Shown piece by piece: positions 1 to 10,556 of a stretch of DNA of 64,000 nucleotides. Made by a program: the position numbers and the translations under genes. The DNA lies in the NCBI GenBank assembly GCA_963817385.1, contig CAWFOM010000006.1:160001-224000 (forward strand), written 5' to 3'. Under the pieces are notes generated by a model. The model was not told the origin of the DNA. It ran no database searches and was given only the letters and a program-made list of their open reading frames with translations. The stretch is from an uncultured delta proteobacterium. GTDB taxonomy: Bacteria; Desulfobacterota; Syntrophia; Syntrophales; UBA5619. Positions within the stretch are counted from its first letter, which is position 1. Each line of letters begins with the position of its first letter.

Positions 1-327
1 GCAAAAATGGGCGCCCGGTGCGATTGCGCGACGACCTACCGGACCGTCCGCTCCGACCGGAGCGCCGCCGAACTGGAGCCCTTTTTCGCCGACGGCAAGG
101 TCGATGCGATCTCGTTCACGAGCCCCTCGACGGTGAACAACTTCCTCGGGATCATGGGGCCGGATTTCCGGCTCCCGCCCAAGGTCCGGATCGCCTGCAT
201 CGGCCCGGTGACCGCCGCGGCGGCGAGGAAGGCGGGCCTTTCCGTGGACATCCTCCAGGAGCGCTACACGATCCCCGGCCTCGTCGATGGGCTTGCGGCC
301 TATTTCAAGAAAGAGAAGCCCGGCTGA
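1..327 (+). CDS. hemD: Uroporphyrinogen-III synthase, C-terminal part (5' end outside window; possibly a CobA-HemD fusion)
   Basis: Motifs 'ISFTSPSTVNNF', 'ACIGPVTAAA' and 'YTIPGLV' typical of HemD; directly upstream of hemB. Confidence 0.85.
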   Translation, partial: AKMGARCDCATTYRTVRSDRSAAELEPFFADGKVDAISFTSPSTVNNFLGIMGPDFRLPPKVRIACIGPVTAAAARKAGLSVDILQERYTIPGLVDGLAAYFKKEKPG

Positions 328-399
328 TGCAGTCGTAAGGCGATTGCAATCCCGGCGGATACCTGTTAGGTTTGGGGTTCGAAAGCATAAGGAGGTCAT

Positions 400-1377
400 A
401 TGAATTTCCCCGATTACCGGCCGAGAAGGCTGAGACAGAACGAGAATTTCCGGAGGATGATCCGGGAGACGAAGCTCTCCGCGGACAACCTGATCTATCC
501 CCTGTTCGCCGTGCCGGGGACGAAGGTGAAAAAACCGATCGTCTCCATGCCGGGGATCTTTCAGATGTCCGTCGACCATATCGTCCGGGAGACGGCGCGG
601 GTGAAGGCGCTCGGGATACCGGCGGTTCTCCTCTTCGGGATCCCCGAGAAGAAGGACGAGATCGCCTCCGGGGCGATGGCGAACGACGGCATCGTCCAGC
701 GGGCGATCCGGGGGATCAAGGAGAAGGTCTCCGACATCCTCGTCGTCACCGATGTCTGCCTTTGCGAGTACATGAGCCATGGCCACTGCGGGATCCTCGA
801 GAAAGGGGATGTCGATAACGACGCCACCCTCGATGTCCTCGCGGAGACGGCCGTCTCCCATGCGAAGGCGGGGGCGGACATGGTTGCCCCGTCGGCGATG
901 ATGGACGGCCAGATCGGCGCGCTTCGGGAGGGGCTCGACGATGCAGGTTTCGTGAACGTCCCGATCATGGCCTACTCGGCGAAGTACGCCTCCTGCTTCT
1001 ACGGCCCCTTCCGGGAGGCGGCGGAGAGCGCCCCCGCCTTCGGGGACCGAAAGTCCTACCAGATGGATCCCGCCAACTCCGACGAGGCGATCCGCGAGAT
1101 GTCTCTCGACGTGGAGGAGGGGGCGGACATCATCATGGTCAAGCCGGCCTTGGCCTATCTCGACGTCATCCGCCGGGCGAAGGAGGAGTTCGACCTGCCG
1201 GTTGCCGCCTACAACGTGAGCGGTGAGTTTTCCATGATCAAGGCGGCTGCGCAGATGGGCTGGCTGGACGGGGAGCGGGCGATGCTGGAGTCCCTGACGG
1301 CGATCCGGCGCGCCGGGGCGGATATGATCATTACCTACTTCGCCCCCGAGGCGGCGCAGATTTTGGCGGCTACGTAG
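400..1377 (+). CDS. hemB: Porphobilinogen synthase (ALA dehydratase)
   Basis: RPRRLR N-terminus, [14 protein letters not shown]n motif, [34 protein letters not shown] upstream. Confidence 0.97.
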   Translation: MNFPDYRPRRLRQNENFRRMIRETKLSADNLIYPLFAVPGTKVKKPIVSMPGIFQMSVDHIVRETARVKALGIPAVLLFGIPEKKDEIASGAMANDGIVQRAIRGIKEKVSDILVVTDVCLCEYMSHGHCGILEKGDVDNDATLDVLAETAVSHAKAGADMVAPSAMMDGQIGALREGLDDAGFVNVPIMAYSAKYASCFYGPFREAAESAPAFGDRKSYQMDPANSDEAIREMSLDVEEGADIIMVKPALAYLDVIRRAKEEFDLPVAAYNVSGEFSMIKAAAQMGWLDGERAMLESLTAIRRAGADMIITYFAPEAAQILAAT

Positions 1378-1394
1378 AAAGTCCATTGGAATAT

Positions 1395-2499
1395 ATGAAA
1401 CCAGAAACTTCACGCAAATTGCCCGACACGCTCCGGATGGTCGCCTGGGAGGTCACGCGGAGCTGCAACCTGGCCTGCGTCCACTGCCGCGCTTCCGCGC
1501 TCTGCGGCCCCTACCCGGGGGAGCTCGACACCGAAAAATGCCTGCGGCTGATCGACGAGATCGCGGAGGTCGCGAAACCCGTGATCATCCTCACGGGCGG
1601 CGAGCCGCTTCTGCAGGGCGGACATCTACGACATCGCCGCCTACGGGGACAAGAAGGGCCTCCGGATGGTCCTGGCGACGAACGGGACGTTCGTGACCGA
1701 CGCCGTTGCCCAGAAGCTGATCGCGTCGGGAATCCGGCGGGTAAGCGTCAGCATCGACGGACCCGATCCGGCTTCGCACGACGCCTTCCGCGGCGTCCCG
1801 GGGGCGTTCACGGAAGCGATGGCCGGGATCGAGGCGATGAAGCGGGCGGGGATGGAGTTCCAGATCAATACGACGATCACCCAGAAGAATCTCACGCAGA
1901 TCCGGGAGATCCACGACCTGGCCCATCGCCTCGGCGCCGCGGCGCACCACATCTTCCTCCTCGTTCCGACGGGACGGGGGAAGGAGATGGCCGCGCAGGC
2001 GATCACGCCGCTCGACTACGAACAGACGCTCAACTGGTTCTACGAAGAGAGCATCGACTGCGCGATCCAGCTCAAGGCGACCTGCGCCCCCCACTACTAC
2101 CGGATCTTCCATCAGCGGCGGAAGGAACGGGGCGGAGCGCCGGCACAGATGCTGCCGGCGGGCGGGGGCGGGCACCCGCTCAACGCCATGACCCGGGGCT
2201 GCCTTGGGGGGAGCGCGTTTTGCTTCATCTCCCACACCGGGCAGGTCCAGCCCTGCGGCTACCTGGAGCTCGACTGCGGCCAGGTCACGAAACAGAGCTT
2301 CGCGGAGATCTGGCACGATTCAAAGATCTTCCGCGACGTCCGCGATCTCGGTCTCTACGAGGGGAAGTGCGGTAACTGCGAGTTCATCCGGGTCTGCGGC
2401 GGCTGCCGCGCGCGGGCCTACGAGGCCACGGGGAACTACCTGGCGGAAGAACCGCTGTGCATCTACCAGCCGGGGGCGACGGGAAAACCGCTGAAATGA
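1395..2499 (+). CDS. ahbD: Heme b synthase, radical SAM/SPASM (alternative heme pathway); split by a +1 frameshift at ~1615
   Basis: WEVTRSCNLACVHCRA CxxxCxxC motif in ORF 1386; SPASM 'CGNCEFIRVCGGCRARA' in ORF 1666; removing one base in CTGCAGGG (1611-1618) joins the frames. Confidence 0.8.
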
Positions 2500-5177
2500 C
2501 GGAAGAAACGAAGCGCCCTAAACTGGTCCTCGTCGATGGGAGCAACTACCTGTTTCGGGCCTTTTACGCGATCCGGGAGCTCTCCAACTCGAAGGGCTTC
2601 CCCACCAACGCGATCTACGGCTTCACGACCATGCTGATGAAGCTCCTGCGTGACCAGGAGCCCGATTACATTGCCATTGCTTTCGACGTCAAGGCCCCCA
2701 CCTTCCGGCACGACGCCTATGCGGACTACAAGGCCACCCGCCGGGCGGTTCCCGACACCCTCATCCCCCAGATCCCCTACGTCAAGGAGGTGGTCCGGGG
2801 GTTCGCCATTCCGGTGATCGAGCAGCCGGGGCTGGAGGCGGACGATATCATCGGGACGATCGCCTGCCGACAGGCGGCAGAAGGGATGGCGGTCGTCATC
2901 GTCTCCGGGGACAAGGACCTGATGCAGCTTGTCTCCGCCGATATCGTCATGACCGACACGATGAAGGACAAGACCTACGATGTCGCCGCCGTGAAGGAGC
3001 GCTTCGGCGTCGAGCCGCAGAGGGTCGTGGAGATCCTCGCCCTCACGGGGGACGTCTCCGACAACATCCCCGGCGTCCCGGGGATCGGCCCGAAGGGGGC
3101 GCTGCGCCTCATCGAGCAGTTCGGGGGGATCGAGGAGATCCTCGCCCACCCGGAGAAGATCCACAATCTCAAGACCCGCGAGGCGATCCTGGCAAACGCC
3201 GAGAAGGCGCGGCTGAGCCTCGATCTGGCGCGGATCCGCACGGACGCGGCTGTTCCCTTTGATCTGGAGGCCTGCCGCCGGCGGGAGCCCGACCGGGAGC
3301 TCCTCATCTCGCTTTTCAAGGAGTTCGAATTCTCGTCGCTCCTCCAGGAGCTCAAGGGCGGCGGGGAAGAGGCCGCCGGCGACTACCGGATCTGCCGGAC
3401 GCCGGAGGAACTCGAAGCGCTCGCCGTCCGGCTTGGGCCAGGCCAGGGAGTTCTCGCTCGATCCGCTCCTCTCGTCGGCGGAGGCGATGCGGGCCTCTCT
3501 CGTCGGTCTGGCCGTCTCGCCCGCGCCGGGCGAGGGGTTCTACCTCCCCATCGGCCATGAGGACGGATCGCCCCAGCTTTCCGCCGGCGCGGTCGTAAAC
3601 GCCCTTGCCCCGCTTCTCGGCGATCCGGCAGTTCCGAAGCACGGCCACGACCTGAAGACCGCCCTCATCGTCCTTGCCGAACACGGCGCTCCCCTCCGGG
3701 GCCTCGGCTGCGACACGATGGTCGCCTCCTACCTCCTCAATCCGGCGCGGCGCAGCTTCGAGCTGGCCGAGACGGTCCTCGACCACCTCGGCCGCCAGAT
3801 CCCCACGGTAAAGGAGATCGTCGGGAGCGGCGCGAAGAGCGTGCCCTTTGCGTCCATCGCCGCGGCAAAAGCGGGGGATTACGCCTGCCGGCGCGCCGAC
3901 GCCGTGATGGCCCTGGCGGCGGAGCTCTCCGGCAAGATCGCTGCGGCGGACCTGGCCGATCTCCTGCGCGATGTGGAGATGCCCCTCGTAACGGTCCTGG
4001 CGGCGATGGAGATGAAGGGGGTGCTCCTCGACTGCGCGCTCTTGAAGACGATGTCGCTGGAGATCGAGCAGCTCCTCGCCCTTTCGGAGGAGAAGATCTG
4101 TCGCCTCGCGGGGGAGAAATTCAACATCAACTCCCCCAAGCAGCTCCAGGTGATCCTCTTCGAAAAGCTGGGGCTCCCCCGGGGACGGAAGACCAAGGAG
4201 GGGTATTCGACCGACGTGGATGTGCTCACCTGGCTCGCCCTCAGCCACGAACTCCCCGCGGAGATCCTTGCCTACCGGGGAATGGTCAAGCTGAAATCGA
4301 CCTACGTCGACGCCCTGCCGGAACTCATCAATCCCCGGACGGGGCGGGTCCACACCTCTTACAACCAGACGGTGGCGGCGACGGGGAGGCTCTCCAGCAG
4401 CAACCCGAACCTCCAGAACATCCCCATCCGGACCCTCGAGGGGAAGCGGATCCGCCAGGCCTTCATCGCCCCGCCGGGGTGGATGATCGTCTCGGCCGAC
4501 TACTCGCAGATCGAGCTGCAGGGTCCTGGCGCATCTCTCCGGCGACGAGGCCCTGATGGAGGCCTTCAGGACCGGCGAGGACATCCACAGCCGGACCGCC
4601 TCCGACATCTTCGGCGTCTTTCCCGAGATGGTCAACGCCGACATGCGGCGGCAGGCGAAGGTGATCAATTTCGGCGTCCTCTACGGGATGAGCGCCTTCG
4701 GCCTCGCGAAGGAACTCGGCGTCACTCAGAAGCTCGCCCAGGCCTACATCGACGGCTATTTCCAGAAGTATGCGAAGGTCCGGGAGTATCTCGACGGCCT
4801 CCTCGCCCAGGCGAGGCGGGAGGGGTACGTGACGACCCTCCTCAAGCGGCGGCGGTACCTGCCGGAGATCACGAGCCACCAGCCCTCCGTCCGCCAGTTC
4901 GCGGAGCGGATGGCGATCAACGCCCCGATCCAGGGGACGGCGGCGGACCTCATCAAGGTGGCGATGGTCCGGATCTTCCGGCGTCTGGCCGCTGAGGGAC
5001 TTCAAGCCGCGATGATCATGCAGGTCCACGACGAGCTCGTCTTCGAGGTGCCCGTTTCCGAACGGGAAGCGCTGATGTGCACTCGTCTGCGAGGAGATGG
5101 AGGGGGTCCTGAAGCTGGATGTGCCCCTGCGGGTGGAGATCGCCGCGGGGAAAAACTGGGACGAGGCGCATACCTGA
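2496..5177 (+). CDS. polA: DNA polymerase I; three +1 frameshifts (~3436, ~4520, ~5078), probably sequencing errors
   Basis: 5'-3' exonuclease 'LVDGSNYLFRAFYA' and 'EADDIIGT'; polymerase motifs 'TGRLSSSNPNLQNIP', 'ADYSQIEL', 'AKVINFGVLYG', 'QVHDELVFE'; C-terminus GKNWDEAHT* (TGA 5175-5177). Confidence 0.95.
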
Positions 5178-5181
5178 GGGG
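5154..5181 (+). repeat. Direct repeat, copy 1: last codons and stop of polA
   Basis: AACTGGGACGAGGCGCATACCTGAGGGG; matches 11872-11899 with 2 mismatches in 28 bp. Confidence 0.85.
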
Positions 5182-5569
5182 CAAAGAGCCTCCGATCCAC
5201 GCGGCGGGGGGATTTCCTCTGCCAGCGTCGAAACGCGGTCATGGCCGTCGCTCCTGTCCTCAACTTTCCAAGCCAGAGCTGTGTGTTGAAACAACAATTC
5301 GTTTCCTCTAAGCTACCCTTCTTGATGTTCCGCCATTCATCTCGGGCATATGGTCGGGAGAAACCCTGCCTGCCGATCATTGATTCCAGGCTCCGTCAGG
5401 GATCCTTTCACCGAAGGGTGCCGCAGTCTTCTTCGGCCATCCGGTCTCCAATGCCTTGATTCAGTGGCGGGGAGTGAGCGCGGTGGTTGGAAACAGGGCG
5501 TCAGGCGATGGATAACGCGTCCATGAATCCGGGCAATTTCCGAATCAAAGACAGTTACAAAAAAATTTG

Positions 5570-5599
5570 TTGACTCATAATAATACTTTGTGTATACAC
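5570..5599 (+). promoter_or_regulatory. Sigma70-like promoter with a palindrome over the -10 box (candidate GntR operator)
   Basis: TTGACT-N17-TATACA with extended TG; perfect palindrome GTGTATACAC at 5590-5599. Confidence 0.55.
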
Positions 5600-5773
5600 G
5601 AAAAAAACTTAAAGTATATGGTTATGTTTTCAGGTTTTTTGGAAAAATGTCATTTCGAAACGACAGCAATGAAGAAGTCTTGCTGAATCGGCACAGGGAA
5701 GAATTCCTGTTGTCGACATGGCGGAGCGGGGAGATTTTTCGGACGGTCAGCACCTATTGTTTTCGAGGAAAAG

Positions 5774-6472
5774 ATGAAAAAACCAGTTGAGAAATCTTCG
5801 ACTCTCAGAAGTGAAGATGTGTATGGCATCCTGAAAGAGAAGTTAATTTCCTCAGAATTCAGACCTGGTAGCGCTTTGATGGAAAGCGAGATAGCGAAAG
5901 CACTGGAGGTTAGCCGGACACCTGTCCGTCACGCCCTCGCCAAACTGGAAAGAGACGGCCTGATTGAGACTATCCCGCGCAAGGGTGCGTTCGTAAAGTT
6001 TCATTCGTTAAGGGATATATTGGAGATCTTTCAGGTTCGGAAGTCCCTTGAATCTTATGCGGCAAATCTTGCCGCTGCAGATATCGATTTAGCCGAACTG
6101 GATAGATATGAACAGTTTTACATAAGCGCTCGGAATATGTCGGATGATGAGAATTTACAGGATTTTTATGACAGGGGGATTGAATTCCATAAATTCATCA
6201 TCAGGAGCTCCAATAACTCGCGCATTGAAAAAATTCTGGCGGAGCTCAGAGTCCAGTTTGAAATATCACGGATATTTTTTCTCAATCAGAATCGGAAAGG
6301 ACATAATATCATACTGGAACGGGCATTTCGCATGATTGAGAACCACCTTACGGTTATCGAGGCATTGAAAAGCAAGGATGGCGACAAGGCTGAGAAATAT
6401 ATGCGGGAGCATATCATCGATGCGGAAAAATACTTTCTCTCCTTTCCCGCCTGCGCCGACTATGTGCGTTAA
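5774..6472 (+). CDS. GntR-family (FCD) transcriptional regulator
   Basis: wHTH 'ESEIAKALEVSRTPVRHALAKLERDGLI'; FCD-like 'EFHKFI...NHLTVIEAL...MREHI'. Confidence 0.9.
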   Translation: MKKPVEKSSTLRSEDVYGILKEKLISSEFRPGSALMESEIAKALEVSRTPVRHALAKLERDGLIETIPRKGAFVKFHSLRDILEIFQVRKSLESYAANLAAADIDLAELDRYEQFYISARNMSDDENLQDFYDRGIEFHKFIIRSSNNSRIEKILAELRVQFEISRIFFLNQNRKGHNIILERAFRMIENHLTVIEALKSKDGDKAEKYMREHIIDAEKYFLSFPACADYVR

Positions 6473-6673
6473 TGGGTATGTGGATATTCCTGAGCAGGCG
6501 GCTAAAAGGCATTCAATAAGTACTCTCAAAGGGGCTGAGAGAAGGGAATAGAGAATAATCCAGGTTAGAGATGTAACCGGAAAAGGCTTTTCCGGGAACG
6601 GACAAGGCAAGGTGCGTTGGTTTTTTCACGGCCTGCGAAAATTAAATTTTTTTGAAATGAAAGGAGACTGTTA

Positions 6674-7642
6674 ATGAGAGTTTCAAGAACCATGCTGGGT
6701 ACCTTTGCAATGATTTGTTGCGTTTTAAGTTTATTGGTCGTTTCAAATGCCGGGGCACAGAAGTTTCCCACCCGCCCCATCGAAATCATCGTCGGTTTCG
6801 GCGCCGGCGGAGGGACGGACCTGTCCTTTAGGAACATCGCCCCTTCTCTCGAAAAAGAGCTGGGGGTCCCGGTGGTGATTCTGAACAAGCCCGGAGCCGG
6901 CGGGGTGATCGGCTGGAATACGCTGGCAAACTCGAGGCCGACCGGTTACTCGATCGGCAGCATCAACATGCCCGCGATCGTCGGTTCCTATGTCACCGGT
7001 GACATGACGATCGATCCCCGCAGCGCCTTCAAATTTCTGGGCAATACCGTGTTCGACGCCAATTGCATCGCTGTTTCTGCAAAGGGCAAAATCAGCAATA
7101 TGAAGGAATTGATCGAGTATCTGAAGAAGAACCCGGAAGGGCTCTCTTACGGCGCGACCGGAAGGGTCAGTACCGACGGGTTGACCGCCCTGGCCATTGA
7201 AAAGGCGGCCGATGTGAAGTTCAGGATGATCAACTTCAAGGGCGGGAGCGAAGCCATCACCGCGGCACTGGGCGGGCATGTGGACCTAGTCGGCCTGACC
7301 GTCAGCGAGGCCCTTCCGTTTGTCAAGGACGGCACCTTGAAGCTGCTTGGCGTGGGCGGGGATAAAAGGGATCCGGAGCTTCCGAACGTGCCGACCTTTA
7401 AAGAGCAGGGATTCGCCCTGCAGATCAACGGTTCGAGCCGTGGTTTGATCATGCCGGCCGGGGCCACCGATGCGGTTCTCAATACCCTGCGTACTGCCGT
7501 CAAGAAGGCAGCCACTTCGGAAGCGTACCTGGCCGCCTCCAAAAAAGCCGGCCAACTCGGCATTTATACCGACTACAATGCCGTGGCGACGACCCTTCAG
7601 GAACAGATCGAATGGTTGAAGAAATCGTTATCCGCAAAGTGA
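6674..7642 (+). CDS. Tripartite tricarboxylate transporter substrate-binding protein (TctC/Bug)
   Basis: Signal peptide; 'FPTRPIEIIVGFGAGGGTD', 'NKPGAGG', 'FKGGSEAITAALGGHVD', 'PNVPTFKEQG'. Confidence 0.92.
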   Translation: MRVSRTMLGTFAMICCVLSLLVVSNAGAQKFPTRPIEIIVGFGAGGGTDLSFRNIAPSLEKELGVPVVILNKPGAGGVIGWNTLANSRPTGYSIGSINMPAIVGSYVTGDMTIDPRSAFKFLGNTVFDANCIAVSAKGKISNMKELIEYLKKNPEGLSYGATGRVSTDGLTALAIEKAADVKFRMINFKGGSEAITAALGGHVDLVGLTVSEALPFVKDGTLKLLGVGGDKRDPELPNVPTFKEQGFALQINGSSRGLIMPAGATDAVLNTLRTAVKKAATSEAYLAASKKAGQLGIYTDYNAVATTLQEQIEWLKKSLSAK

Positions 7643-7705
7643 GCCTGTGCCTCACGTGGCACTGTCCTCAATGGCGCGGTAGCGAGCAGTGAATCCTTTC
7701 CTTGA

Positions 7706-7732
7706 CCGCAGGGGCGCCCGGCGCCCCTGTGG
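7706..7732. repeat. GC-rich stem-loop after tctC (mRNA stabiliser or terminator-like)
   Basis: CCGCAGGGGCGCC-C-GGCGCCCCTGTGG. Confidence 0.55.
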
Positions 7733-7823
7733 AAATCTGTGAAAAGGTGCCCTGACTAAGCTGAATGGCCTAGGCAGGGCGTTGGGGAGTTGACAGTTCA
7801 TAGTCAATAATTGGTGATATCCC

Positions 7824-8182
7824 GTGCACTGGAACAATGAGAAGTATCTTTCAATATTTCTGGTCCTGATCGGCGTTTCGGGCGTGTGGGGTTCTCTCAA
7901 GGTGCCTATTGCAGAAAGATTTACCCTGGGCTCTGGGCGTTACCACTGATTTACGCGGCGGGCGTTCTCCTGTTGGCAGTTGCGCTGCTCGTAATGATGC
8001 TAAAGGGTAAAAATCGAGATGCAAATGCAGTTCACGAGCACAGGGAACATATGGGTTACTCTTCTTATTATAATTGTGCGCTTGCACTTTCAGTTCATCT
8101 GATCGGTTTCGCGTTGGGTTGTTTTTATTTTCACTTTTATCGCTGATATGTTGGTGCTGAAAATTAAGAAAGCTCTGCTTTT
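7824..8182 (+). pseudogene. TctB-like membrane subunit, frameshifted and truncated
   Basis: Hydrophobic frames 'YLSIFLVLIGVSGVWGSLKVP..FTLG' then 'ALPLIYAAGVLLLAVALLV' after tctC; no tctA follows. Confidence 0.55.
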
Positions 8183-9073
8183 CAGATATACAAGGCCCAA
8201 TTTGCCAGTCACGGCATGGGCGCCGGTTCGGTGATTGCAATGTCCGGAATCGACATGGCCCTTTGGGATATCCGGGGGAAGGCGGTGGGATGGCCGCTCT
8301 ACAAACTCCTGGGCGGCTCCTCCCGAAAGATACCCGCCTACGCGGGCGGTGGCGGATCGCTTGGGTTTTCGGAACCGGGCAAGACCGTGGAAGAGATCGG
8401 GCCGCTCGTGGAGATGGGGTTCAAGGCCGTCAAGGTCAGAATCGGCCAAACGGCTGCCCGTGATCTGGCCCGGATCAGTGCCGTAAGAAAGGCATACGGA
8501 GACGATCTGGTGATTCTAACCGATGCCAATGCCGCCTATACCGTAGACGACGCGCGCAAGGTCATGCCGGTCATGGAATCCCTCAATGTGGGCTGGCTGG
8601 AAGAGCCGTTTCCCGCCCATGACTACCGTTCCTACGCCCTGGCTGCCAGCTTCAGTTCGACCCCCCTAGCTCTGGGCGAGAACGTGTACACCCGTTTCGA
8701 ATTTATCCGTATCATTGAAGACGGTGTGATCAGCATCCTTCAGCCGGATGTGGGGAAAGCCGGCGGCGTGACCGAAGCGCTCCGCATCGCCGCCCTGGCC
8801 TCGGCATGGAAACTGCCCGTTCACCCCCACGGCGGCGTGACGGGGCTCGATCTGGCAGCGGGAATCCACCTGCTGGCATCGATTGACAATGGCGGATATT
8901 TCGAGTCGAGTGAAGGATACAATCCCCTGCGTGAAGGACTGTTTAACACGAAGCCGTATGAAATTGACAAAGACGGGTGCGTAATGCCTTTGGAAGCCCC
9001 GGGTATCGGACTTGAGGTCGATGAGAAATTCCTGATCGGTAACCCGGTAATCGAAGGTCCCGGTTTTGTATGA
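8183..9073 (+). pseudogene. Mandelate racemase/muconate lactonizing enzyme family protein lacking its N-terminus
   Basis: Frame begins at 'QIYKAQFASHGMGAGSVIAMSGIDMALWDIRGKA', a mid-capping-domain motif, with an in-frame TAA at 8165; retains KxK, DAN, EEP, GEN, QPD and HPH. Confidence 0.7.
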
Positions 9074-9190
9074 GGACTTCGCAGGCTGTTTCGTCTCATG
9101 TTTTTTATCCCCTTCTGCAAAAGATTGCCGATTGCGGATGTCGCTTTTTTTATCGGATAGATGAATTCTACTCTGGGAGTAGGGCTGGAT

Positions 9191-10555
9191 ATGAAAGAAC
9201 ATCGTATCATCAAAAATCGCGAGTCGCTGCTGTCCCATGGCAGGAAAGAATTGCGAGAACACGCCCTGGATATCGCCAAGGCGGGCATATCCGGGAGAGA
9301 TCCGGGCCTAGGAACCCATAAGATCGTTAAACTCAGCGGGAGATCCCTCCGGGTGGGAGAGACAGAGTTCGATCTCGGGGAGGTCAACCGCATCTATGTC
9401 GTCGGAATGGGGAAGGGGGCCTTCCCGATAGCCGAAGCCCTGGAATCGATTCTGGGCGATCGTATCTTCCGGGGAGTGGTAGTGGTAAAAAAAGGCGAGA
9501 AACGCCGGCTGAAAAGGATTACCGTCACCGAAGGCGGCCATCCGATCCCCGATGAGGATAGCGTTGCGGGTGCCGGAAAGATCCTCGAAATCGCGGATCA
9601 AGCAGGTCCAAAGGATCTCGTATTTGTTGCGGTAACCGGCGGCGCCTCGGCGTTGGCGACCCTGTGCCCCGAGGGCATCATCCTTGCGGATATTCAAAAG
9701 GTAAATGAGCTCCTCCTCAACAGCGGGGCTCCGATTCGCCACATGAATACCGTGAGAAAGCACCTGTGCCTCCTGAAAGGCGGACGTCTGGTTTCCCGGA
9801 TCCAACCGGCTGAAGCCGTTACCTTGACCTTGGACACGAGACCCAAAGGGATGCTGTGGCCGGATGTGAGCCTCCCGGACGAAACCACGTTCCAGGACGC
9901 CATCGAGGTTCTCGAATTCTACGATCTTTGGGACGCCGTACCCGAGGCCGTGAGAAATTACCTGCTCAGGGGAACGCGGCAACCGGAGCTGGAAACCCTG
10001 AAGACGCTTGAGGGGGTCATGTCGTCCATCTTCTACGTCGGATCCCCCTTGGGCGTGCTCTCCGCGGCGGCGCAGAGCGCCGAGGCGCTGGGATATCAGC
10101 CGCATATTTTAGCGACGAATATCCAGGGGGAGTCTGTTGCCGCAGGGATCTGTCTGGCCGGCATCGCCAATGAAGTATTGCTCCGGAACAGGCCCTTTTC
10201 CGCCCCCTGCGCCCTTATCTCCGGCGGGGAAACGACCGCGGTCATCACCGCGAACTCCGGAGAGGGCGGGCCGAATCAGGAATTTATCCTGGGATTTGCC
10301 GGTGAGGTTGAAGAGGCCGATAATGTCGCGGCGATTGCCGTGGACACGGATGGAACAGACGGCCCCACCCAGATAGCAGGTGGTATCATCGATGGAGAGA
10401 CGTTAAAACGGGCGAAACTGCTCGGCATCGATATCAAAAAGTATTTGAAGAATCACGACAGTTCAACGGCCCTTTCAGGACTGGACGATGCCGTCATTAC
10501 CTGCAATACGGGAACCAATATGAAAAACCTTCGCATCATCTTGATAGGGAGATAA
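9191..10555 (+). CDS. Glycerate 2-kinase-like protein (DUF4147/MOFRL)
   Basis: 'GMGKGA', 'TGGASAL', 'NTVRKHLCLLKGGRL', 'SGGETT', 'GGPNQE', 'DTDGTDGPT', 'TGTN'. Confidence 0.85.
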   Translation: MKEHRIIKNRESLLSHGRKELREHALDIAKAGISGRDPGLGTHKIVKLSGRSLRVGETEFDLGEVNRIYVVGMGKGAFPIAEALESILGDRIFRGVVVVKKGEKRRLKRITVTEGGHPIPDEDSVAGAGKILEIADQAGPKDLVFVAVTGGASALATLCPEGIILADIQKVNELLLNSGAPIRHMNTVRKHLCLLKGGRLVSRIQPAEAVTLTLDTRPKGMLWPDVSLPDETTFQDAIEVLEFYDLWDAVPEAVRNYLLRGTRQPELETLKTLEGVMSSIFYVGSPLGVLSAAAQSAEALGYQPHILATNIQGESVAAGICLAGIANEVLLRNRPFSAPCALISGGETTAVITANSGEGGPNQEFILGFAGEVEEADNVAAIAVDTDGTDGPTQIAGGIIDGETLKRAKLLGIDIKKYLKNHDSSTALSGLDDAVITCNTGTNMKNLRIILIGR

Positions 10556-10556
10556 C

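Noticed and set aside
2496..5177. polA as a true pseudogene or programmed frameshift
   Set aside because: No slippery heptamers, no in-frame stops after correction, and similar single-base shifts occur in many unrelated genes; sequencing error is more likely
5250..5380. Minus-strand 'GFSRPYARDEWRNIKKGSLEET' resembling a four-helix-bundle protein fragment
   Set aside because: Too short and degenerate to support without a profile search
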